A stretch of 42,661 nucleotides of DNA, from NCBI GenBank assembly GCA_001819395.1, contig MHMQ01000011.1:1-42661 (forward strand). The letters run 5' to 3'. The DNA comes from Candidatus Niyogibacteria bacterium RIFCSPLOWO2_01_FULL_45_48. Lineage in GTDB: Bacteria > Patescibacteriota > Minisyncoccia > HO2-45-28. Both the position numbers and the translations under genes were made by a program. Under the pieces are notes generated by a model that worked only from the letters and a program-made list of their open reading frames with translations, had not been told where the DNA came from and made no database searches. Positions 32,793 to 41,401 of this stretch are shown here, one piece after another (within the stretch, counting starts at the first letter, position 1; the number at the start of each line of letters is the position of its first letter).

Positions 32793-33744
32793 AGAAAAAA
32801 GAATTGTTGTCGTTGGAGGGGGCACCGGAACTTATACGGTGCTGTCGGCCTTAAAAGATCATCCTGTTTTTCTTTCGGCAATTGTTTCTATGTCTGATGA
32901 CGGAGGGTCCACGGGGGTTTTGCGCGAAGAGTTCGGTATTTTGCCGACCGGGGACGCTCGTAGGGCGCTGGTTGCTCTTTCGCGTCATCCCGATGAGCTT
33001 TTGGCCAAACTTTTTACTTATCGTTTTCGCGAGGGAGGACTTGATGGGCATAATTTCGGAAATCTTATAATAACCGCGCTTGAACGCATCTGTGGAAATT
33101 TTGAAAAAGCTCTTCAAGAAGCTTCGCGTCTGCTTGCCGTGGAAAAAGGGGAAGTGATCCCGGTCACTCTTTCAAACGTCAGACTCCTGGCCGAACTTGA
33201 AGACGGCTCGGTCATTAAGGGTGAAAGCAACATAGATATTCCCAGACATGACGGCGAACTTGCGGTAAACCGCGTCTGGCTTGAGCCGGAAGCGAAGGCT
33301 AACCCGCGGGCGCTTAAAGCCATACACAATGCCGATTTGATAGTTATTGGTCCGGGGGACCTATATACCAGTATTGTTCCCAACTTTTTAGCCCGAGGGA
33401 TTTCCGAGGCTATGGCGAAGTCAAAAGCCAAGAAAGTATTTATCTGCAACCTTATGACCAAATACGGCGAGACCCACGGCTTCGTAGGCGGGGACTTCTT
33501 AAAAGTGCTTGAGCGCTATCTTGGTGAAGATGTTTTGGATGCCGTAATTATGAACGACCAAAAGCCGTCGGAATCGATTTTGAAACGCTACAGAAAAGAG
33601 AAGGCATTTTTTGTCGATCCGTTTTTTACCATAGAAACAGGGGCAAAAAAAATCAAAGTAATAAAGTCCGATCTGGCGAGGAAAGGCGAGCTTATCCGCC
33701 ATGACCACGAAAAATTGGCGTCAATAATTTTGAAACTGGCATGA
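32785..33744 (+). CDS. yvcK: YvcK/GlmR (UPF0052, CofD-related) UDP-GlcNAc-binding protein
   Basis: VVVGGGTG, DDGGSTG.LR, GHNFGNL, IGPGDLYTSIVPN, NLMTKYGET, RHD. Confidence 0.92.
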   Translation: MSKEKRIVVVGGGTGTYTVLSALKDHPVFLSAIVSMSDDGGSTGVLREEFGILPTGDARRALVALSRHPDELLAKLFTYRFREGGLDGHNFGNLIITALERICGNFEKALQEASRLLAVEKGEVIPVTLSNVRLLAELEDGSVIKGESNIDIPRHDGELAVNRVWLEPEAKANPRALKAIHNADLIVIGPGDLYTSIVPNFLARGISEAMAKSKAKKVFICNLMTKYGETHGFVGGDFLKVLERYLGEDVLDAVIMNDQKPSESILKRYRKEKAFFVDPFFTIETGAKKIKVIKSDLARKGELIRHDHEKLASIILKLA

Positions 33745-34400
33745 TGAAAATCGCTCTTCTGGATTTTGACGACGTTTTGTTTGACACCTCGGCTTTCAGC
33801 GTTGCTTCGCGCAAGGTTTTTATTGATTCCGGCGTGAGCGAAAAAGAACACGACGAGTTTTATCAGCAAATGCGAGAGGATTTTAAAGCGAAAGGCGCGG
33901 CTTATCACCGAAACGAGCATATGGCTCTTTTTACCGAACGATTCCCAAAAGCAGACAGCGGACTTCTGAAAAAAAGTTTGGAAGCTCTTAACGAAACAAT
34001 GCCGGGTTTTGTTTATGACGACACTCCATTATTTCTTGGGGGTCTTTCTAAAAACGGATGGCGCAGGGTCATTTTGACTTTCGGCAATGAAGACTGGCAA
34101 AAACAAAAAATCGGCTTCAGCGGGGTGGATAAAATCGTTGACGAGGTTGTTGTTTCTAAAGACGCTTCAAAAGTCGTCGCGGCCGAAGAGATTTTAAAAA
34201 AACACCCGAAGGCGGAGTCCGTAATTTTTATCGATGACAATCCTTACCGCGCGCTTCATTCGGTTAAAGAAAAATTCCCGCATGTCCGAACCATTCAGCT
34301 TATACGCCCCGAACTCGAGGCGGTTCGCGAACGCCATCTTGGATGCGACCACGATTGCCAAAACTTACTGGACGTAGCTAAAATTTTGGGGTATAATTGA
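33741..34400 (+). CDS. HAD superfamily hydrolase
   Basis: LLDFDDVLFDT (motif I), ILTFG (II), K (III), FIDD (IV). Confidence 0.88.
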   Translation: MMKIALLDFDDVLFDTSAFSVASRKVFIDSGVSEKEHDEFYQQMREDFKAKGAAYHRNEHMALFTERFPKADSGLLKKSLEALNETMPGFVYDDTPLFLGGLSKNGWRRVILTFGNEDWQKQKIGFSGVDKIVDEVVVSKDASKVVAAEEILKKHPKAESVIFIDDNPYRALHSVKEKFPHVRTIQLIRPELEAVRERHLGCDHDCQNLLDVAKILGYN

Positions 34401-34408
34401 GGGTTAAC

Positions 34409-35467
34409 ATGAAACTTTACGAGTTTGAAGGACAGAACCTTTTTAAAAAATACGGAATACCTGTTCCGGAGTCCGTTCTTATTTCAAAGACGGGCCAAAA
34501 AATAAATTTTGATCCCCCGTATATGCTTAAAGCCCAGGTTCTTTCGGGCGATCGAAAAAAGGCGGGCGGAATTATGTCCGCGAATTCTCAATCTTCCGCC
34601 CAAAAAGCGATAGCCGCTCTTTTGAAAAAAGAAGTTAATTTTGAGCCGGTCAAAAAAGTGTTGGCGGCAAAAAAGCTGAATCCGTTAGCGGAATATTATC
34701 TTTCGTTTAGTTACGATACCGGAAGCCAGGGGCCGGTATTTGCCGTATCTCCAAAAGGAGGTTCCGGAATCGCGAACGCGGATGTTTTTCCGATTGACAT
34801 AATTTTTGGTTTAAGGCCGTTTGTTGTCCGTGAGTACTTGGCCAAAGCCGGTTTTATATCAGACGATATTACGAAAGTTGCCGATATCGCACAAAAATTA
34901 TGGCAGCTTTTTTTGGACGAAAATCTGGTTTTATCCGAGATAAATCCGCTGATTAAAACAAAGAAAAAAGAATTTATCGCTGCAGACTCAAAGATAATTA
35001 CCAAGACCAGAAGACGGGTTGAACATTTGGGTGGCGATATCGCGATTCTTGCTTCAGGGGGCGGAGCCTCTGTTTTAAGCATTGATGCGTTGATTGAGGC
35101 CGGAGGAGATCCGGCGAACTACACCGAGTATTCGGGAAATCCTTCAGCAGAGCTGGTTATGGAATTAACCAAGGAGGTACTGGGCCAAAAAAATCTTAAG
35201 GGGTGCTGGGTTGTGGGGGGCACCGCCAATTTTACCGACATTTTTGAAACACTTAGCGGTTTTGTGCGCGGACTTCGCCAGATAAAACCCAAACCGGCCT
35301 ACCCGATTGTGATCAGAAGAGACGGGCCGAGACAAAAAGAAGCCGCGGAAATGCTGAGAGCGGTCGCCAAAAAAGAGGGCTATAACTTTCACGTTTTTGG
35401 CTCGGAAACTTCCATAGCTTCAAGCGCCCGAACAATTGTTGATTTGTCTTATAAAAATAAAAAATAA
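34409..35467 (+). CDS. ATP-citrate lyase / citryl-CoA synthetase beta-type subunit (ATP-grasp plus citrate-binding domain)
   Basis: MKLYEFEG, KAQV.SG.R.KAGG, EINPL; SGGGAS, ANYTEYSGNP, GGTANFTDI, IRRDGP match the ACL citrate-binding domain rather than SucC (GNGAGL, NFLD). Confidence 0.85.
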   Translation: MKLYEFEGQNLFKKYGIPVPESVLISKTGQKINFDPPYMLKAQVLSGDRKKAGGIMSANSQSSAQKAIAALLKKEVNFEPVKKVLAAKKLNPLAEYYLSFSYDTGSQGPVFAVSPKGGSGIANADVFPIDIIFGLRPFVVREYLAKAGFISDDITKVADIAQKLWQLFLDENLVLSEINPLIKTKKKEFIAADSKIITKTRRRVEHLGGDIAILASGGGASVLSIDALIEAGGDPANYTEYSGNPSAELVMELTKEVLGQKNLKGCWVVGGTANFTDIFETLSGFVRGLRQIKPKPAYPIVIRRDGPRQKEAAEMLRAVAKKEGYNFHVFGSETSIASSARTIVDLSYKNKK

Positions 35468-35470
35468 TTT

Positions 35471-36364
35471 ATGGCTATTTTGGTGGACAAAAAAACAAGG
35501 GTGCTGGTTCAGGGCATTACGGGCAATGAAGGTTCCAGAGCCGCAAAAGAGATGCTTTCGTACGGGACTCGGGTTTTGGCCGGAGTTACGCCGTCAAAAG
35601 GCGGCCAGGAGATTCATGGTGTTCCGGTATATGACACGGTTAGAGAAGCAAAAAATCGGCATCCGGAAATAAACGCCTCACTGATTGTTGTGCCCGCTTT
35701 TGCGGTAAAAGATGCGGCAATTGAAGCCATATCCGCCGGCATTCCGCTTATTAATATTTTGACCGAACTTGTGTCCCCCAAAGATTGCTCCGAAATTATA
35801 GCTTGGGCAAAAATTAAAGGAGCCCGCGTTATAGGCCCGGCCTCCGTGGGTGTTATTTCTCCGGGTAAAGGAAAGATTGGTTCAATCGGTTCGGCCGACG
35901 TAGATAAAATTTTTACCTCGGGGCCGGTGGGAGTTATTTCAAAAAGCGGAGGAATGACCTCCGAAATCTCGATCATTTTGAGCCGCGCCGGCATCGGGCA
36001 AAGCACCGCCATAGGCATCGGGGGCGAACAGCTTATTGGTTCCGGTTTTTCCGACCTTCTTATGCTTTTTGAACAAGACCCTCAAACCAAAGCAGTCGTG
36101 CTTTTTGGCGAAGTGGGCGGAGGATACGAGGAGCAAGTCGCAAAACACATAAAGTCAAAAAAAATAACCAAACCGATAGTTGCCGTTATTGCCGGAAAAT
36201 TTACAAACCGTCTGCCGCACGGCACCGTATTGGGTCATGCCGGCGCAATTGTCGGCAAAGGGGCCGGCAGTTATCGGTCAAAGATAAGAGCTTTAAAATC
36301 GGCTGGCGTTATATTGGCGGACGTTTTGGAAGACATACCAGAAGCTGTTAAAAAATTAATATGA
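35471..36364 (+). CDS. CoA-ligase alpha subunit (SucD/CcsB-like)
   Basis: VLVQGITG, VAGVTP-like VLAGVTPSKGG, IGPASVG, SKSGGM, AIGIGG, FGEVGG, GHAGA phospho-His. Confidence 0.9.
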   Translation: MAILVDKKTRVLVQGITGNEGSRAAKEMLSYGTRVLAGVTPSKGGQEIHGVPVYDTVREAKNRHPEINASLIVVPAFAVKDAAIEAISAGIPLINILTELVSPKDCSEIIAWAKIKGARVIGPASVGVISPGKGKIGSIGSADVDKIFTSGPVGVISKSGGMTSEISIILSRAGIGQSTAIGIGGEQLIGSGFSDLLMLFEQDPQTKAVVLFGEVGGGYEEQVAKHIKSKKITKPIVAVIAGKFTNRLPHGTVLGHAGAIVGKGAGSYRSKIRALKSAGVILADVLEDIPEAVKKLI

Positions 36365-37077
36365 AGTGGAAAACAAAAATCAGTTTTGATAAAGACGGCG
36401 AGCACTATATCCGCGGGAAAAGCCTTATTGGGCTTATTGAAAAATATTCTTTTGTTTGGGCGCTTTTTTTGGTTATTCTCGGACAAGAACCGAGCGACAA
36501 AGAGGAAAAACTAATGAACGCGATTTTGGTAAGCGCGATTGACCACGGTATTTCGACGCCATCGGCATACGTGCCGAGAATAGTGATTTCTTCCGGAAAC
36601 GACGTAAACGCGGCGATTGCGTCGGGGGCGCTCGCGGTTGGCGAGCGTCATGGGGGCGCGATTGAAAAAGCGATGCGCATGTTTAAAAACGAAAAGGACG
36701 CATCATCCGTCGTTTCCGAAGCGCTGTCAAAAAACGAAATTTTGCCCGGATTCGGCCATAAAATATATAAAGAAAAAGATCCGAGGGCGCAAGCGCTTTT
36801 AAAAAAAGCGAAAGATCTGGGTTTTGATTTAATTTTTGCGGATAAAGCCGTGAAAATTGAGGAAGAGATCCGAAAACAGAAAGGCAAAAAACTTCCGTTA
36901 AATATTGACGGCGCGATTGCCGTACTCTTGTGTGAAATGGGTTTTGATTCAAAAACAGGGAAGGCGTTTTTTATTCTCGCGCGCATGCCCTCAATGATAG
37001 CCAATATAATAGAAGAGATGAACGAAGAAAAAACTTACCGCAGACTAAACGAAGAAGATGTTGAATATGGGGGCTGA
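36361..37077 (+). CDS. citryl-CoA lyase (citrate-synthase fold)
   Basis: WKTKIS, IRG, DHG..TPS, HGGAIE, PGFGHKIY...DPR, LNIDG; 238 aa stand-alone size. Confidence 0.88.
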   Translation: MKWKTKISFDKDGEHYIRGKSLIGLIEKYSFVWALFLVILGQEPSDKEEKLMNAILVSAIDHGISTPSAYVPRIVISSGNDVNAAIASGALAVGERHGGAIEKAMRMFKNEKDASSVVSEALSKNEILPGFGHKIYKEKDPRAQALLKKAKDLGFDLIFADKAVKIEEEIRKQKGKKLPLNIDGAIAVLLCEMGFDSKTGKAFFILARMPSMIANIIEEMNEEKTYRRLNEEDVEYGG

Positions 37078-37130
37078 CCGCGCCTTAAACCAAAAAAACC
37101 AATTATTATATTTTAAAGTTTTGACGGAAA

Positions 37131-37778
37131 GTGGAAAGGATAAAAATTAGTAAAAATAATTTTGGCGGGTCGGTTAGTAGGGCCGTTGAGGTTTTGGTTT
37201 CCGGCGGGGTGGTTGTCGTGCCGACGGATACGGTTTACGGGTTGGCGGCGGATGTGGGTAACGAAAAAGCGGTTCAGAAAGTCTTTGAAATAAAGGGGCG
37301 CTCGGAAGACAAAAAATTGCCTGTTTTTGTTTCGTCTTTTGAAATGCTTGGTCAGAGCCCGGCTTTGACCACAGAACCGAGTTCTGACCGAGAAAGCGAG
37401 CGGGTTTTATATTTTTTGCGTAAAGTATTGCCTGGCAAAATTACTTGTGTATTAAGAGCGAAAGGCGGCAGAACAATTGCTGTGAGGATGCCTAATTATG
37501 ACTTGGTTTTAAAAATTATTGAAAAATTCGGAAGACCCATAACGGGCACTTCGGCGAATGTTGCCGGAAAGCCGGAGCATACTAAAATTGACGAGTTGAT
37601 CGCAGAGTTTAAAAATTTAAAAGTTAAACCGGACTTAATTTTGGATGCAGGAGATTTGTCTCCTTCAAAACCATCAACCGTTCTTGATTGCACAATTTGG
37701 CCTCCTAAAATTTTACGCGAAGGAGCGGTTTCTAAAAAAGAATTGAAAAAACTGATTTTCGGGGATATTCTTAAATAA
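37131..37778 (+). CDS. tsaC: L-threonylcarbamoyladenylate synthase (Sua5/YrdC)
   Basis: VPTDTVYGL, IKGR, PGKIT, AVRMP, TSANVAG, PSTVLD, ILREGA. Confidence 0.93.
   Translation: MERIKISKNNFGGSVSRAVEVLVSGGVVVVPTDTVYGLAADVGNEKAVQKVFEIKGRSEDKKLPVFVSSFEMLGQSPALTTEPSSDRESERVLYFLRKVLPGKITCVLRAKGGRTIAVRMPNYDLVLKIIEKFGRPITGTSANVAGKPEHTKIDELIAEFKNLKVKPDLILDAGDLSPSKPSTVLDCTIWPPKILREGAVSKKELKKLIFGDILK
37347..37392. repeat. tandem palindromic elements inside tsaC
   Basis: GGTCAGAGC-CCG-GCTTTGACC (37350-37370) then CAGAAC-CGA-GTTCTG-ACC (37372-37389). Confidence 0.75.
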
Positions 37779-39001
37779 TGACTGACAAAAAAATGCGGGC
37801 GCTGATTAAGGCCGAAGAACACAGGCAGGCGGGGGTTATTAATCTGATTGCCTCTGAAAATTACGCTTCGCGCGAGGTGCGGGAGGCGACTGGTTCTGTT
37901 TTGACCAACAAGTACTCCGAGGGCTATCCGGGGAGGCGTTATTACGCCGGAAATGAAGTTGTTGATGAAGTTGAACGGCTGACGCAAGAACGCGCGCTTA
38001 AACTTTTTAAACTCAACCCAAAAAAGTGGGGAGTGAATGTTCAGGCGCTTTCGGGTGTGCCCGCCAATTTTTTTGTATACTCGGCATTAGTTCCGCCGGG
38101 AGAAAAAATGGCGGGGCAAGCTCTGGATCAGGGCGGGCACCTTTCGCACGGCTCAAAAGTAAGTCTGACTTCAAAATTCTGGCGCTGGGCTCACTACACG
38201 GTTGACAGAAAAACGGAAATTTTGGATTACGGCAAACTAACGCTACAGATGAAAAAAGAAAAGCCAAAATTGATTGTGGCGGGATATTCGGCATATTCGC
38301 GCGAATTAGACTTTAAAAAATTCAGGAAAATTGCGGATTCTTGCGGCGCGATTTTGATGGTTGATATGGCGCACTTTGCGGGTCTTGTCGCCGGAGGCGT
38401 TTATCCTTCACCGTTTCCATACGCGGATGTTGTGACAACGACTACGCATAAAACATTAAGAGGGCCGAGGGGGGCTTTGATTTTTTTTAAAAAAGAATAT
38501 GAAGATGCGATAAATAAAGCCGTTTTTCCCGGAGGGCAGGGCGGGCCACATGATCACCAGACGGCGGCTATCGCGGTCGCGCTTCATGAGGCAACGCAAC
38601 CATCTTTTAAAAAATACGCGCACCAAATCGTAAAAAACGCGAAAGTTCTGGCGGGGGAATTAAAAAAGAAGGGCTGGCGCATTGTTTCTGGGGGAACGGA
38701 TAATCACTTATTTTTGCTTGATGTTTGGGACAAAGGCATTGCGGGGAAAGACGCGGAAAAACTTCTTGAATCGGCCGGAATAATAGTAAATCGCAACGGC
38801 ATTCCTTATGACAGCCGTTCTCCTTTTAACCCTTCGGGAATCCGCATCGGAACTCCGGCCGTAACCACAAGAGGAGTGAAAGAAAAAGAAATGGCGCGTA
38901 TTGCCGAATGGGTTAGTGGGATTTTGAAAAATAATCTGGATCCGAAAAAAGTTAAAAACGAAGTTTCGCGTTTCGTTAAAAAATTCCCATGCCCAAAATA
39001 G
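37778..39001 (+). CDS. glyA: serine hydroxymethyltransferase
   Basis: LIASEN, NKYSEGYPGRRYYAG, GGHLSHG, DMAHFAGLV, TTTTHKTLRGPRG, GGTDNHL, SGIRIGTPA. Confidence 0.98.
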   Translation: MTDKKMRALIKAEEHRQAGVINLIASENYASREVREATGSVLTNKYSEGYPGRRYYAGNEVVDEVERLTQERALKLFKLNPKKWGVNVQALSGVPANFFVYSALVPPGEKMAGQALDQGGHLSHGSKVSLTSKFWRWAHYTVDRKTEILDYGKLTLQMKKEKPKLIVAGYSAYSRELDFKKFRKIADSCGAILMVDMAHFAGLVAGGVYPSPFPYADVVTTTTHKTLRGPRGALIFFKKEYEDAINKAVFPGGQGGPHDHQTAAIAVALHEATQPSFKKYAHQIVKNAKVLAGELKKKGWRIVSGGTDNHLFLLDVWDKGIAGKDAEKLLESAGIIVNRNGIPYDSRSPFNPSGIRIGTPAVTTRGVKEKEMARIAEWVSGILKNNLDPKKVKNEVSRFVKKFPCPK

Positions 39002-39852
39002 TTGACGGCAAAAAGCTGGCCGAAGAAATAAAAGACGAACTTAAAAAAGAGGTTACGGTTGTCGGTAAAAAAATAAAACTTGCAGTTATTTATATTGGCG
39101 ACAATTCGGCATCCGAAAGTTTCATAAAGAGAAAGAGGGCGTTCGGGGCGTCAGTCGGCGTTGATGTTGAAGTGAAAAAACCAAAAAAAGAAATCTGGAA
39201 ATCTAGAGAAAAACTTCGGGCATGGATTTCGCAGATAACGCACGATAAAAAAAATACGGGCGTCATAATCCAGCTGCCTCTGCCTGACGAAATAAAACAA
39301 CGCACGCAATATATTCTTGATTCAATTCCCGTGGCGAAAGACGTTGATGTTTTGTCGTCTGAAGCTGTCGGAAAATTTGCGAACGGCAGATTAGATATAA
39401 CGTCCCCTGTTGTCGGCGCCATAAAACATATTTTTGAAAAAAACGAAATTAAGCTTGAAAGTAAAAACATAGTTATTATCGGAGAAGGAGCTTTGGTCGG
39501 AAAACCGGCATCGCTCTGGCTTTTAGGTGGACGCCTGCCTTTTGCGGTTCTTACTACCGAATCGCCAAACTTTTCGGAAGTTATCGCCGGAGCCGATGTT
39601 ATAATTTCAGGCGCCGGCAAAGCAGGATTCATTAAAAAAGACATGGTTAAAGATGGAGTTATTGCGATTGACGCCGGAACTTCCGGAGAACATGGCCAGC
39701 TTAAGGGCGATTTTGAACCGGCGGTTTCCGGGAAGGCGTCTTTATTTACTCCTGTTCCGGGGGGCGTGGGACCATTGACGGTCGCCATGCTTTTTAAAAA
39801 TTTAGTAATTTTGTCGCAAAAAACTAAACACCGAGTGTCTAGTAAACATTGA
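38989..39852 (+). CDS. folD: methylenetetrahydrofolate dehydrogenase/cyclohydrolase
   Basis: VDGKKLA, IIQLPLP, KDVD, LVGKP, IDAG, GD, TPVPGGVGPLTVAML. Confidence 0.95.
   Translation: MPKIVDGKKLAEEIKDELKKEVTVVGKKIKLAVIYIGDNSASESFIKRKRAFGASVGVDVEVKKPKKEIWKSREKLRAWISQITHDKKNTGVIIQLPLPDEIKQRTQYILDSIPVAKDVDVLSSEAVGKFANGRLDITSPVVGAIKHIFEKNEIKLESKNIVIIGEGALVGKPASLWLLGGRLPFAVLTTESPNFSEVIAGADVIISGAGKAGFIKKDMVKDGVIAIDAGTSGEHGQLKGDFEPAVSGKASLFTPVPGGVGPLTVAMLFKNLVILSQKTKHRVSSKH
39823..39843. repeat. short palindromic element at the folD 3' end
   Basis: ACTAAACAC-CGA-GTGTCTAGT (21 nt). Confidence 0.7.
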
Positions 39853-39857
39853 TAAGT

Positions 39858-40421
39858 ATGGATACAACAATTCTTAATTACTTAAATAGCTTTGCGGGGC
39901 GCTGGATGTTTTTTGATACGGCTGTAATTTTTAAAGCCGAATATCTCGGCTGGTGGATGCTCACGGGCCTTGGCGCATTTTTAATATACCCGGTTTATTT
40001 TGGGCGCAAACGTTTTGTGTCCACTTGGACGTTTCACGTCCAAGTGCAAATGCAAATGGTTTTTGTCGCGCTTGTTTCAGCGTTTTTCTCACGTTTTTTT
40101 ATCACGGATTTGATTCGATTTTTTTACAGCAGGCCGCGCCCGTTTGAAACCATGGATATTTATCAACTTGTCGCTCACGACGGCGGAAGCTCTTTTCCCT
40201 CGGGACACGCCGCTTTTTTCTTCGCTTTGGCCGCGGGAGTTTTCATTTATTATCGCAAGTGGGGAATTTTGTTTTACCTTTTCGCCCTGGCGATGGGCAT
40301 TTCCCGCGTTATCGCGGGCATCCACTGGCCGTCCGACATTTTGGGCGGGGCCGTTATCGGTATTGTCTCGGCGTATCTTGTAAACTATTTTGTTTTGAAA
40401 TATAAAAAATACTCCAGTTAA
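39858..40421 (+). CDS. PAP2 family phosphatase (BcrC-like undecaprenyl-diphosphatase)
   Basis: RPRPF, SFPSGH, SRVIAGIHWPSDILGG. Confidence 0.92.
   Translation: MDTTILNYLNSFAGRWMFFDTAVIFKAEYLGWWMLTGLGAFLIYPVYFGRKRFVSTWTFHVQVQMQMVFVALVSAFFSRFFITDLIRFFYSRPRPFETMDIYQLVAHDGGSSFPSGHAAFFFALAAGVFIYYRKWGILFYLFALAMGISRVIAGIHWPSDILGGAVIGIVSAYLVNYFVLKYKKYSS
40022..40046. repeat. perfect palindromic element inside the PAP2 gene
   Basis: CACTTGGACGT-TTC-ACGTCCAAGTG. Confidence 0.8.
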
Positions 40422-40435
40422 CCGGAGTGTTTTGG

Positions 40436-40618
40436 CTATTTTAAATTTTCTAAAAACTCTTTGCCGTGTCCGCATACGGTAACCAGAAATGGTTTGGCGT
40501 AAATGACATCATGGTCTACATACTTATCGCTATGGTTCCCGCCGGATAATACGAAGTGGCCCTTTTTCAAAACACCCTCTTTCTCCAAGGATTCCATTAA
40601 CTCTTGATCTTTGTCCAA
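40436..40618 (-). pseudogene. pyrE: N-terminal fragment of orotate phosphoribosyltransferase
   Basis: GVLKKGHFVLSGGNHSDKYVD matches the PyrE N-terminus; stops at 60 aa, with no PRPP-binding motif and no room before the convergent PAP2 gene. Confidence 0.7.
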
Positions 40619-40652
40619 GCGCCCCCTACTTAGAAGAACCCATTTGAAGATA

Positions 40653-41327
40653 TTAAAACTCTTTCACTTCCCAATCAAGATGCATTTTGGGGAGCATCAT
40701 GTGGGGATTCCAGTCTTTTTTGAGTTTTTCTAAATCATCGGCAACTTGGTATTTGCCTTTGTCCTGCGAATAATCTTTATCAAGGATTGGCTCAACTTCG
40801 TAAAAAACCATCTGCGCTATTCGGCGGCCGACGACGAGGGGAATGGTGAAATGCTGGGAATTATTCGTCACTTCCATTGTCCAGCGGTTGAAATATCCGA
40901 CGTCTCCCCAGCCGGCGTCTTTGCAGACCTCGATGAAGTTTCTGCCCAAAGATGAGCGCGCGTACATTTTGCCGACACACTTTGTGCGTCCGCCGACGTA
41001 TTCCTGGGTGTGCGCCAGAATAGTCTCGCCCGGGTGAATCATTATTATTTTATCCCCCGGCTTTATGTTGGAAAATTTCATGTTCATTTCTTCCGAAAAT
41101 TTTTCCGTGGTTTTGGCTTCATGTGGCCCCGACCAAATCCGCTTGGTTGAAGCGTCGTCGTATATATTATGTATGGTGTGGCCTCCGTTCGGGTGCGACT
41201 CGCGCCAGAAATATTCGCCGAGAGTCACGTCGTAGCTTGTGGTTTTGAGTTTTTTGGGCTCATATGGGTCAATAATGATATTGCCCTCTTTCATGTGTCT
41301 TAAAATAGCATCGCGGGATAAAAGCAT
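40653..41327 (-). CDS. dcd: dCTP deaminase
   Basis: MLLSRDAI, SYDVTLG, ILAHTQE, ARSSLGR, AGWGDVGY, TME, IAQMVF, GKYQ. Confidence 0.92.
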   Translation of the reverse strand: MLLSRDAILRHMKEGNIIIDPYEPKKLKTTSYDVTLGEYFWRESHPNGGHTIHNIYDDASTKRIWSGPHEAKTTEKFSEEMNMKFSNIKPGDKIIMIHPGETILAHTQEYVGGRTKCVGKMYARSSLGRNFIEVCKDAGWGDVGYFNRWTMEVTNNSQHFTIPLVVGRRIAQMVFYEVEPILDKDYSQDKGKYQVADDLEKLKKDWNPHMMLPKMHLDWEVKEF

Positions 41328-41401
41328 ATTGGGTATATTGTATCACAAAAAAGAATGATGTAATATCAAGGCGGAAAGTGGTTTTGATAAGGAGCGCGGT
41401 A

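Noticed and set aside
34409-36364. Ordinary succinyl-CoA synthetase sucCD
   Set aside because: The beta subunit lacks SucC GNGAGL/NFLD motifs, has ACL citrate-binding motifs, and is coupled to a citryl-CoA lyase gene.
27530-39788. Long antisense ORFs such as 27530-28243 and 39090-39788
   Set aside because: Shadows of leuS and folD on the opposite strand, with no motifs or start signals.
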